64,000 nt of DNA from Thermoplasmatota archaeon (GTDB lineage Archaea > Thermoplasmatota > Thermoplasmata > RBG-16-68-12 > JAGMCJ01), in NCBI GenBank assembly GCA_022848865.1, contig JAJISE010000003.1, forward strand, positions 7,189 to 71,188, given 5' to 3'. Positions within the stretch are counted from its first letter, which is position 1; the number at the start of each line of letters is the position of its first letter. Positions 8,997 to 17,100 of the stretch are shown here, one piece after another. The notes beneath the pieces are model-generated. The model was given only the letters and a program-made list of their open reading frames with translations, was not told where the DNA came from and ran no database searches. The position numbers and the translations under genes were made by a program.

Positions 8997-9005
8997 GTGC
9001 GGTTC

Positions 9006-9515
9006 ATGGGGCTGCCGAAGGACATTCTGAGGTCCCGCGTGAGAAACGAGGTCCTGATGTGTCAAAGGAATCTCAGGCACGCCATCTCGGTCTCCGATAG
9101 GACTCTTCAGTCCTTCCCGATGGAGGTCAACCTGACACTCGTGAAGACCCCCGGACCCATCTGGAAGGATGACACGATAAAGCATCGATTCACACACAAG
9201 CTGTCGATTCTGATAACTGAGGAGTATCCGTACGAGAAGCCCATCGTCAAGTGGAGGTCAGACGTGTTCCATCCCAACATCATGCTTCCTGGTGATGGTG
9301 GATACGTATGCACCAGGCTCTTGGACGACTGGAGTTTCAACTCGACCCTGCTCACGTTCGTCAAGGGAATCGAAACGCTGCTGACCAGTCCCAACCCCGC
9401 GAACCCCTTCGGTAGCGACTCGTGCACGCGGGCAGCTCAGTACTTCAACACTCACGAGTACAGCCCGCCAAATGTGATTGAGGATTCCAGGAATAAGCCG
9501 AAGATTCTGGGATGA
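9006..9515 (+). CDS. Ubiquitin-conjugating E2 (UBC-fold) enzyme
   Basis: EEYPYEKPIVKW, FHPNI, catalytic Cys in GYVCTRLL, DDWS and LLTSPNPANP mirror the UBC consensus. AGGTG RBS before ATG 9006. Confidence 0.92.
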   Translation: MGLPKDILRSRVRNEVLMCQRNLRHAISVSDRTLQSFPMEVNLTLVKTPGPIWKDDTIKHRFTHKLSILITEEYPYEKPIVKWRSDVFHPNIMLPGDGGYVCTRLLDDWSFNSTLLTFVKGIETLLTSPNPANPFGSDSCTRAAQYFNTHEYSPPNVIEDSRNKPKILG

Positions 9516-9518
9516 TCC

Positions 9519-10139
9519 ATGAAGCGCCCGCGCGTTGTGAGCGAAAGGAAGAGAGCCATCCTTGAGCGGTCGCCACCACCGTCAAATCGGTCCAGCCCCC
9601 ATCTCTGGCTCAAGGATGAGAAGAGGAGCGAGGTCGAGGAAGCACTCGCGGGAACAGGGCCACTTCCTTTGTACATCTCTAGGACCGCCGAGGCAGAGAT
9701 GAGGAATCACAGCATCTCTTCCGGGAATCAGAACCTCGAGGCGATGGGTCTCCTTCTGGGTGATGTCTTCGCTCACTCAAAGAAATCCTACACAGTGGTC
9801 AAGAACGTCGTTACGACGGCGCTCCAGGCATCAGGCGTCTCTGTCAGTTTCCACAGGAACGGGTTCGAAACGCTCTTCGATCGCCTCGACGAGGCGGATT
9901 TCGATTATGTCATTGTGGGCTGGTACCACTCCCACCCCGGATACACTTGCTTCATGTCGCCCAAGGATATTGAGACGCAGCAGCGGATGTTCAGGGAGGA
10001 CTTCCACTTCGCGGTTGTCCTGGACCCGTTGAAGCTGCAGATTGAGGCCTTCACACTCCACGGGGAGGGTTGCATATCCGTACCCTTCGCGATCTACTGG
10101 GAGGAACACGAAGATCCGTACGGAAGGAAGAAGCTCTAG
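9519..10139 (+). CDS. JAB/MPN+ (JAMM) metalloprotease, Rpn11/Mov34-like
   Basis: LEAMGLLLG (catalytic Glu) and VGWYHSHPGYTCFMSPKD (HxH-x7-S-x2-D). Confidence 0.92.
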   Translation: MKRPRVVSERKRAILERSPPPSNRSSPHLWLKDEKRSEVEEALAGTGPLPLYISRTAEAEMRNHSISSGNQNLEAMGLLLGDVFAHSKKSYTVVKNVVTTALQASGVSVSFHRNGFETLFDRLDEADFDYVIVGWYHSHPGYTCFMSPKDIETQQRMFREDFHFAVVLDPLKLQIEAFTLHGEGCISVPFAIYWEEHEDPYGRKKL

Positions 10140-10140
10140 C

Positions 10141-10692
10141 TCAAACCCAGATAGCGTGTCTGCCTCTCATCTTGGACTCCGTTTCCTTCCTCTTCTCCAT
10201 TATACGCGCGATGATCCCGTCCAAGAAAACGAGCGCAGAATCCTCGAACAGAGTGCCAAGCGGGGCGAGAGCTGCGGTCTCATCATCTGGCTCGGGATCC
10301 AGAACGACCACTAGGTTGGCCGCGTGTGCGAGTTTGGAAGTCTTCCTACTGGTCATCACTATTACCTTTGCCCCGACTCGTCTGATGATGTTCGCTGTCT
10401 GAATTGCCGACATGGTCTCGCCCGTGTTCGAGAGTATCAGCGCAACATCGGTGTCGTCAACGATCGGGGTCGTTGTCTCACCGATGAAGAAGACTTTGAG
10501 GCCGAGCTGAACCAGGCGTATGGCGAAGGCCTTCCCTATCAGACCGGACCTGCCAGCACCATACATAAACACCTTGTCCGAGGACAGCAGCAGTCTGATG
10601 ATTTCCTCGATGGTCTCTTTGTCCCCGTTCGCGAGGATTTCGGTTATCTTCTTTGCGATGTATTGCGATGATGCAGTTGCCCTGTTAGTCAC
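10141..10692 (-). CDS. hxlB: 6-phospho-3-hexuloisomerase (SIS domain)
   Basis: FMYGAGRSG, SNTGET and LAPLGTLFE motifs. Confidence 0.85.
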   Translation of the reverse strand: MTNRATASSQYIAKKITEILANGDKETIEEIIRLLLSSDKVFMYGAGRSGLIGKAFAIRLVQLGLKVFFIGETTTPIVDDTDVALILSNTGETMSAIQTANIIRRVGAKVIVMTSRKTSKLAHAANLVVVLDPEPDDETAALAPLGTLFEDSALVFLDGIIARIMEKRKETESKMRGRHAIWV

Positions 10693-11711
10693 TTCTTCTC
10701 CCCCTTGGCTATCTTCGCGACCCTCCTGGCCAAGACCCTCTCTAGTATGACCTTCATGTACATCGCGTCATGTTCCATGAGTGGCGAACCGGAGATAAGT
10801 GTGATGTCGTAGTTATTGTCCAGTATGCATTCGGCGAGAGGTTCGAACCTCAGATCACCCTTCTTGATCGGAGTGTATCTCAGCTCGTTCCCGTCTGCGT
10901 GCTCCACGCCGGAGAAATGTGTGTGGAAGTGCCCCCTCACGTGCTTCTTGAACTTGTCGAAGAGCTTCTGGAAATCTTCGCTAGTCCTCAGCGAGCCGCC
11001 TTCCCGCGAGTGTATGTGTGAGAAGTTGAGCACGGGAATGACACCTTTGTACTTCTCGCAGAGGGAGATGATCTCCTTCAGACTCCCAAAGACCTCTTGT
11101 CTTCCGCTGGACTCCAAGCCGAGTTTTGCCTTGATCCTCCTTGACCTGAACCACTTGAGAATCGAGTCGAGGTTCTTTCTGACCCTTATGCTCGCTTGCC
11201 TGTTCGTCAGGTCACCGTAGAGACCGAGATGGGTCACCACGACCTTCGCTCCCATCTCATTGGCAAGGAGCCCGCCCCATTTGACGCTGTTCATGCTCCT
11301 CTCGCCCATGTCCTCTATTCCGATGAGATCCATGTAGTAGGGCGTGTGAAGGCTCAGCTCGATGTCGAGGTCCCTGGACAGTCTTCCCAGCTCCACGAGT
11401 TCGTGATAGTCCTTCGCTATGCCCGATGCCAGAATGCGAAGGAGGTCTCCCTTCATGACCTCGGCGTCCAGTTTGGCGATCACTTTCTTCCTGGAGCCTT
11501 CCTCTCTGACGATTTCAACAATCAGCTCGTTCGGTATGTCCCTGGCCGCGATGCCAACCTCTTCCTCTGTGGCATGTCGCTCAAGGAGCCCCACTCTGAC
11601 CAGCTGAACCTCCATTGCGGTGAGACCCAGGTTGTGGACGTCTTCGATTCCATCTCGCAGGGTTCTACCTTTGCATGATAGGGGGATGCCCGCTGGGCCA
11701 AAACGTATCAT
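10689..11711 (-). CDS. Endonuclease IV-like TIM-barrel protein
   Basis: MIRFGPAGIP, LSLHTPYY, LESSGR and HFSG motifs of the archaeal Nfo-like family. Some metal ligands appear substituted. Confidence 0.8.
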   Translation of the reverse strand: MIRFGPAGIPLSCKGRTLRDGIEDVHNLGLTAMEVQLVRVGLLERHATEEEVGIAARDIPNELIVEIVREEGSRKKVIAKLDAEVMKGDLLRILASGIAKDYHELVELGRLSRDLDIELSLHTPYYMDLIGIEDMGERSMNSVKWGGLLANEMGAKVVVTHLGLYGDLTNRQASIRVRKNLDSILKWFRSRRIKAKLGLESSGRQEVFGSLKEIISLCEKYKGVIPVLNFSHIHSREGGSLRTSEDFQKLFDKFKKHVRGHFHTHFSGVEHADGNELRYTPIKKGDLRFEPLAECILDNNYDITLISGSPLMEHDAMYMKVILERVLARRVAKIAKGEKK

Positions 11712-11790
11712 TACTCCACCAGACTACTAACCCGAAGGTCTTACTACTTGGTACGCATTTATATTTATAGTTTTCGATATTGCGCCCCCA

Positions 11791-11913
11791 GAAACCCGTT
11801 TGTGACTTCCGATGCCACCGAGATCCTCGGTGCGCCGGACACTTGTGTCCGGGAGCGGTCTTCAACGGGCAGCCCGAAGTGCAAGACAGCGGTTGTCTGG
11901 CATGTCGGGTTTC
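11791..11913 (+). ncRNA. Candidate structured non-coding RNA element (family unknown)
   Basis: Closing stem GAAACCCG/CGGGTTTC encloses four hairpins. It lies in the intergenic gap downstream of a TATA-like TTTATATTTATA at about 11758-11769. Confidence 0.35.
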
Positions 11914-11929
11914 GCCAATCCAGATGGAC

Positions 11930-11943
11930 AAAAGGTTTATATG
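11930..11943 (+). promoter_or_regulatory. Putative BRE-TATA promoter of the rpl18e operon
   Basis: AAAAGGTTTATATG about 37 nt upstream of the rpl18e ATG. Confidence 0.65.
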
Positions 11944-11979
11944 AAGACCCTTCTTTAGACCCTCCTCAGAGGATATCCG

Positions 11980-12342
11980 ATGCCTGGCAATAGGAAATCC
12001 AATCCCAGATTATTGGAACTCATAGAGCAGCTGAAGCGGCACTCTTACGAGAACAAAGCACCCATTTGGAAGGACACAGCCAGCAGGCTGAGCAAGCCTC
12101 GGAGGAGCTGGGCCGAAGTGAACATCAGCAGGATATCCAGATACGCCAAGAAGGATGAGGTCATCCTCGTTCCCGGCCGGCTTCTTGGTTCTGGCAACAT
12201 AGATAAGTCTGTGACCGTGGCCTCCTTTCATTCTTCCGAGACCGCAAGGAGAAAGATCACGGACTCCGGTGGCGTCATTCTGACGATTGAGGAACTAATG
12301 AACAAGAACCCAAAGGGAAGCGGTGTCAGGATAATGAGGTGA
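11980..12342 (+). CDS. rpl18e: 50S ribosomal protein L18e
   Basis: KSNPRL, APIWKD, AEVNISRI, VPGRLLGSG; conserved gene order with rpl13 and rps9. Confidence 0.96.
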   Translation: MPGNRKSNPRLLELIEQLKRHSYENKAPIWKDTASRLSKPRRSWAEVNISRISRYAKKDEVILVPGRLLGSGNIDKSVTVASFHSSETARRKITDSGGVILTIEELMNKNPKGSGVRIMR

Positions 12343-12345
12343 ACC

Positions 12346-12759
12346 ATGGCTGTGATTGACGCGACTGGCTCCGTGCTTGGCAGGCTTGCCAGCGTTGTGG
12401 CCAAGAGACTACTCGAAGGCGAGGAGATCGTTGTGGTCAATGCCGAGCACGCCGTCATCTCAGGGGGCAGAGTGTCCGTGTTCAACGAATACAAGGTGAT
12501 AAGGGACATAGGTAGCCAGATGTCAGGTCCCTTCTTCCCGAGAATGCCGGACAAGATCGTGACGAGAACAATCAGAGGCATGATTCCCTACCAGAAGCCC
12601 AGAGGAAGGGAAGCGTTCAAGAGGTTGAGAGTCTACATAGGCGTTCCTGACGCGTATGCCGAGTCGAGTTTGGAGAGGATCGAGGAGGCCCTCGGGAAAC
12701 TGAGGTGCCAGTACACGAAGGTCGGCGATCTCTCAAGGAAGCTCGGGGCCAAGTTCTAG
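12346..12759 (+). CDS. rpl13: 50S ribosomal protein L13 (uL13)
   Basis: IDATGSVLGRLAS, GPFFPRMPD, RGMIPYQKPRG. Confidence 0.97.
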   Translation: MAVIDATGSVLGRLASVVAKRLLEGEEIVVVNAEHAVISGGRVSVFNEYKVIRDIGSQMSGPFFPRMPDKIVTRTIRGMIPYQKPRGREAFKRLRVYIGVPDAYAESSLERIEEALGKLRCQYTKVGDLSRKLGAKF

Positions 12760-12767
12760 GTGGTCCA

Positions 12768-13166
12768 ATGAAAATCATTCAGACAAGCGGAAAGAGGAAG
12801 AAGGCGATTGCGCGGGCCACGATCAAGCCAGGGAAGGGCTTGGTCAGGGTGAACAAGAGGCCAGTCGAGATCTTGAGCCCGGAATTGGCCCGCCAGAAGA
12901 TTCTTGAGCCCATCGTCATGGCCGGAGACAAGATCAAGAAACTGGACATCGAGGTCAACGTACAGGGCGGGGGCATCATGGGTCAAGCAGATGCGACACG
13001 GACCGCTATCGCCAGAGGCATTGTGGCGTACCTCGAGAACAAGGAGCTGGAATTGCTCTACAAAGAACGGGACAGAACCCTGCTCGCAAGCGATCCGAGA
13101 AGGAAGATGCCCAAGAAACCGATGGGTAGGGGCGCAAGGAAGAAGAGGCAGAAGTCCTATAGGTGA
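12768..13166 (+). CDS. rps9: 30S ribosomal protein S9 (uS9)
   Basis: SGKRKKAIARA, GGGIMGQADA and C-terminal GARKKRQKSYR. ATG 12768. Confidence 0.97.
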   Translation: MKIIQTSGKRKKAIARATIKPGKGLVRVNKRPVEILSPELARQKILEPIVMAGDKIKKLDIEVNVQGGGIMGQADATRTAIARGIVAYLENKELELLYKERDRTLLASDPRRKMPKKPMGRGARKKRQKSYR

Positions 13167-13170
13167 TTCT

Positions 13171-13362
13171 GTGATAGTACCTGTGAGATGTTTCAGCTGC
13201 GGAAAGGTCGTGGCCTCTGAGTGGGAAGAATATCAGAAGAAAATCGGGATGGGCGAGGATCCCCAGAAGGTTCTCGACTCTCTTGGACTGACCCGCTACT
13301 GTTGCCGCCGGATGCTGCTTTCGAATGCTGACACGATTGACGACGTCTTGCCATTTGGCTAG
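13171..13362 (+). CDS. rpoN: DNA-directed RNA polymerase subunit N (Rpo10)
   Basis: IVPVRCFSCGK and RYCCRRMLL. GTG start after a GGTGA RBS. Confidence 0.96.
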   Translation: MIVPVRCFSCGKVVASEWEEYQKKIGMGEDPQKVLDSLGLTRYCCRRMLLSNADTIDDVLPFG

Positions 13363-13401
13363 ATGCGAAGCCTTTTTGTTCTACGGCCTTATGCATGGTC
13401 A

Positions 13402-13503
13402 GGGCCCGTGGGGTAGTTTGGTATCCTTCCAGCTTGGGGTGCTGGTAACCCGAGTTCAAAAGGCTCTTGCTTTCGCGAGGACCTGAAATTCTCGGCGGGC
13501 CCA
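13402..13503 (+). tRNA. tRNA-Pro(GGG) with a 29-nt intron (13461-13489) at position 59/60
   Basis: Acceptor GGGCCCG/CGGGCCC, anticodon arm CCAGC-TTGGGGT-GCTGG, T-stem CCGAG/CTCGG. Removing the insert restores TTCAAAT. Confidence 0.92.
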
Positions 13504-13526
13504 CTTCTTTCTCGCGTGTGAAGGCA

Positions 13527-13961
13527 CTATTCTCCTGTTCCGTGGGCCATCAACATGTGATGCTCCTTCATCATGCACCTGTCCATGACGACCCGGAGTC
13601 CGGCCGCCTTCGCCCTCTCCGCAGCCTTAGGGTTGACAACGCCCTCCTGCATCCATACGACCCGTGCACCCTTCCTTATTGCCGATTCGATGATAGGCTC
13701 AACGAACTCCGATCTTCGGAAGATGTCGACGACATCCACGTTCCCTGGTACGGATTCGACGTCGGGATAGCTCTTCATCCCCTCGATCTCATGGTAAGCA
13801 GGATTGACGGGGACGATGTCATATCCCGCATTCTTCAGATACATTGCCACTTGATAGCTGGCTCTCTCCCGCTTGTTAGACATCCCCACCACGGCAATCG
13901 TTTGCGACTTCTGAAGTATGTCTCGAATATCTTCGGACGAGGCCGGGATTTCCTTCTTCAT
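13527..13961 (-). CDS. CoA-binding protein (YccU-like)
   Basis: IAVVGMS, VPVNP, VDVVDIFRRSE, VWMQEG and MDRCM motifs. Confidence 0.92.
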   Translation of the reverse strand: MKKEIPASSEDIRDILQKSQTIAVVGMSNKRERASYQVAMYLKNAGYDIVPVNPAYHEIEGMKSYPDVESVPGNVDVVDIFRRSEFVEPIIESAIRKGARVVWMQEGVVNPKAAERAKAAGLRVVMDRCMMKEHHMLMAHGTGE

Positions 13962-14140
13962 GTTTCCATCTCCTCGAGGAATCATGGACAAGAAGATACT
14001 TATGGACTTCGAGGGCAAACCTGAGTTGGGGGCTGGCGGGGAAAATATATATACACGCCATGCCATTAATTCGCATTGTGGGCAGAAACAGAGGTGTGAA
14101 CCTACTGTTTGTTCTGCGGATCTTCCTTGGAGGAGGACTC

Positions 14141-17100
14141 ATGAAGAACGCGGCATCCAGCATTTGGCGTGATTACTGCAGGTTGTTCGCCGTTCTTACT
14201 ATTGTTCTGCTCATGACAAGCCTCGTCGTTGTCGCGAGCGATGACACCCCCGTATCGACTCTAGGGATCTCTTTCAGCCGCCCGAACCAGAATGTGGACG
14301 ATGGATCTGCCAACTCCCGGAATCCAGACATGGCAGTTGATGGTCTTGATGGGATTCACGTTGTGTGGTCCGATGACAGGACCAACTACTATGGAATCTA
14401 TCACTCCAAGTCGACTGACCAGGGATTAAGCTGGCAGGCGTCCATGAGAATCGATTCGGCCCCCATAGCTGCTAACGCCCGAATGCCCTCTATAGCGATT
14501 GACAGAAGTGGAGGGGCCTTCGATGACCGGATGTACGTCGTCTGGCATGAGTCGTCCGTGGCAGGGGGGGTTCACATATTCGCCACCTACTCTGTCAATT
14601 CGGGATCGACATGGGCGTTGCCTCTGCGGATTGACAACGCGGCGCAGGACGTTCTATGCCTTGAGGCGGACGTGGCCGTAGATTCCTCAGGCAATGTCTA
14701 CATTGCTTGGTTTGACAACCGCGATTCCTCCTACAGACACATTTTCGTATCGAAGTCCACAGATGGCGGTATCAGTTTCGGAGCTGAAGTCCAGGTCTCC
14801 TCACAAGATGCGACGAACGCGTTCTCTTCACTGACAACCTTCGGTGACGATGTCTTCGTGTCTTGGAGAGAGCAGGACCTAAGCGGTCTCATAACGCTGT
14901 GGATTGCAGGGTCCAATGACTCCGGTTCCACTTGGACGCCTCATGTGGTTTTCGCCGGGCCGCTAAACTCAATCTCAAGATTCCTTGAGGTGACACCGGA
15001 TTCTAGCGGGATTCTCCACGCAGTCTGGTATTATCAGAATCCTACGGGCGAGAAGGAGATCAGCCATTCGAATTCCGCAGACGATGGCCTGACTTGGTCC
15101 GCGCCAACGAAGGTTGACGACTACGCTTCTTCCACATCGTACACTGCCCCGGACATCGCTTCTGGACCGAGAGGCCTGTACGTGACGTGGAGCGACGATA
15201 GGGTCGGAGATCAGGATGTCTTCTTCTCGCATTCAGAGGACGGAGGCCTTACATGGGGGGACGGGATCCCGAACAACAACGATATCCGTGTTGATGACAC
15301 GGATGCCAACGGGGACCCCTTAGATGACTCCTCATCCCAGACCTACCCGGTGATAGCCGTCGGGACATTCGGCGTCTTCATCGCTTGGGATGACTTCAGA
15401 AGCGGGATGTTCTACGAGATTTACTTCTCTTCGTACGATACTGGACAGATCCTGATAACGGAGCTGAAGGATGCACCGGACAACGCTGAGCTTTTGGAGA
15501 TCTACAACTACGGGCCCCAACCCATTGACATGAGCGGCTACGTGCTCCAAATCGACGCATCACAGGTCTACTCTTTGACCTCATTAGGGATCATACCCGC
15601 GCTGGAGTATCGAACTATCGGTGACGGCCCCGCCGCGGATCTCATTCTTCCAATCGATATAGGCGACCAAGGCGCCAGGCTTCTTCTATTCGATCCCAGC
15701 GTGACGTTAATCGACGAGGTCGACTTCGGCCAGATGGGGACGGTTCCCGACCCGCTTCCAGGGGAGTCTGTGGCGAGGCACATGGTAGGTCTGGGATACA
15801 CCGATGAGTGGGTACGAGAAGAGACGCCGACGTTCGGAGCGGACAACAACGTCCCAGGCATCGATGGTACTCCCGATGTCGTCCTCAACGAGATACTGTT
15901 CTTTCCGAACGCTCCTGATGAGGCCTTCGTGGAGATTTACTACAAAGGGACCAGCCTCGTCAACCTCCTGGGTTACACGATTGTCTGCAACCAGGAGTTC
16001 TTCGTGGGCACAATCACACTCACGGACACCAATCCTCACTACGTGCTGAGGTATCAAATGGATGGCGGTTTCTTTGATTCCATGAGCTCCACTGCCGATA
16101 ATGTCTATCTGTACGATTCGACGGGACAGTTGGTCGACATGGCAGGGTGGAGCTCTCTCCACGCTCAGGGATTCTCAATGACCCGAGATCCTGAGGGGAA
16201 TGGAACCTCAAAGGGCTATGATGATTTCAGCTCCGCCAACGCGGGTTGGAATTTCGACAGGGTTCCGACACTCCCGCTTGTGCTACTTGGCCCTGACCAT
16301 GCCGCAAACGGGGAAGTGGGAGACCGGATACTTCTGAACATGACGGTGACAAACAAGCAGCTAATCCCGGACTATATCGACATAACTCTGGCCAGCGCAC
16401 CAAACAACTGGACGATTGAAATACTACGGGACGATGGCATTTTTCCCCTGCTGGACTCTCTAGGAGATGGTGATGGCATTCCAGATTCTGGACTGCTCAA
16501 TCCTGAGCAATCGCTTCAGTTCAAGATTGGGGTGAACATCCCCTCCAGTCCTCCTGTGGGAAGCTATCAGACGATTGTGGTCACGGCCACCGCCTCGTCA
16601 ATCCTCCTGGCCTCGGACAGCGCAAACATACTCGTAAGGGTATACCCGCATATCGAGCCTATGAAAAGCGTGTCCCCTTCAACGATCTACCATGAAGATG
16701 CGGGTCCTGGCTATCCAACCGTCGCCACCGTTCGGCTTACCGTTACAGGCAACGGCTCTGGCATCGTCAGATCCGTCCCGCAGGATGTGATATTCCTCAT
16801 AGACAAGTCCGGTAGCATGGGAGACTGGCAGAAGTTCGAGTTCGCAAAGCTCGGCGCGAAGAGCTATGTCGACGACATGAAGTTCCCCGATCACGGTGCG
16901 GTGATATTCTTCGACACTTCTGCGATGCGAGTGAACCCGCTCAGCACGGACTACGCGCAGATCAAGAATGACATAGACAGCGTTCTCATTCCTGGCGGGG
17001 GAACCGCGATTGGAACTAGCATATACGCATGCTGGAATGATCTCGTCTCTGATGGCGACCCAGCGCATATCTGGGTTTGCATACTTCTGACCGATGGGAG

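Noticed and set aside
7905-10139. Antiphage ubiquitin-like defence island (CBASS type II, Bil-like)
   Set aside because: No cyclase, effector, nuclease, integrase or other defence genes flank it, and the neighbours are trpS, pheS and hxlB. A defence role cannot be fully excluded.
11791-11913. Structured element as 5S rRNA, tRNA, SRP RNA or RNase P RNA
   Set aside because: It lacks a TTC T-loop and anticodon arm, the 5S CCGAAC motif, the SRP GGAA-loop domain and the RNase P GAGGAAAGTCC motif on either strand. It was kept only as an unknown candidate.
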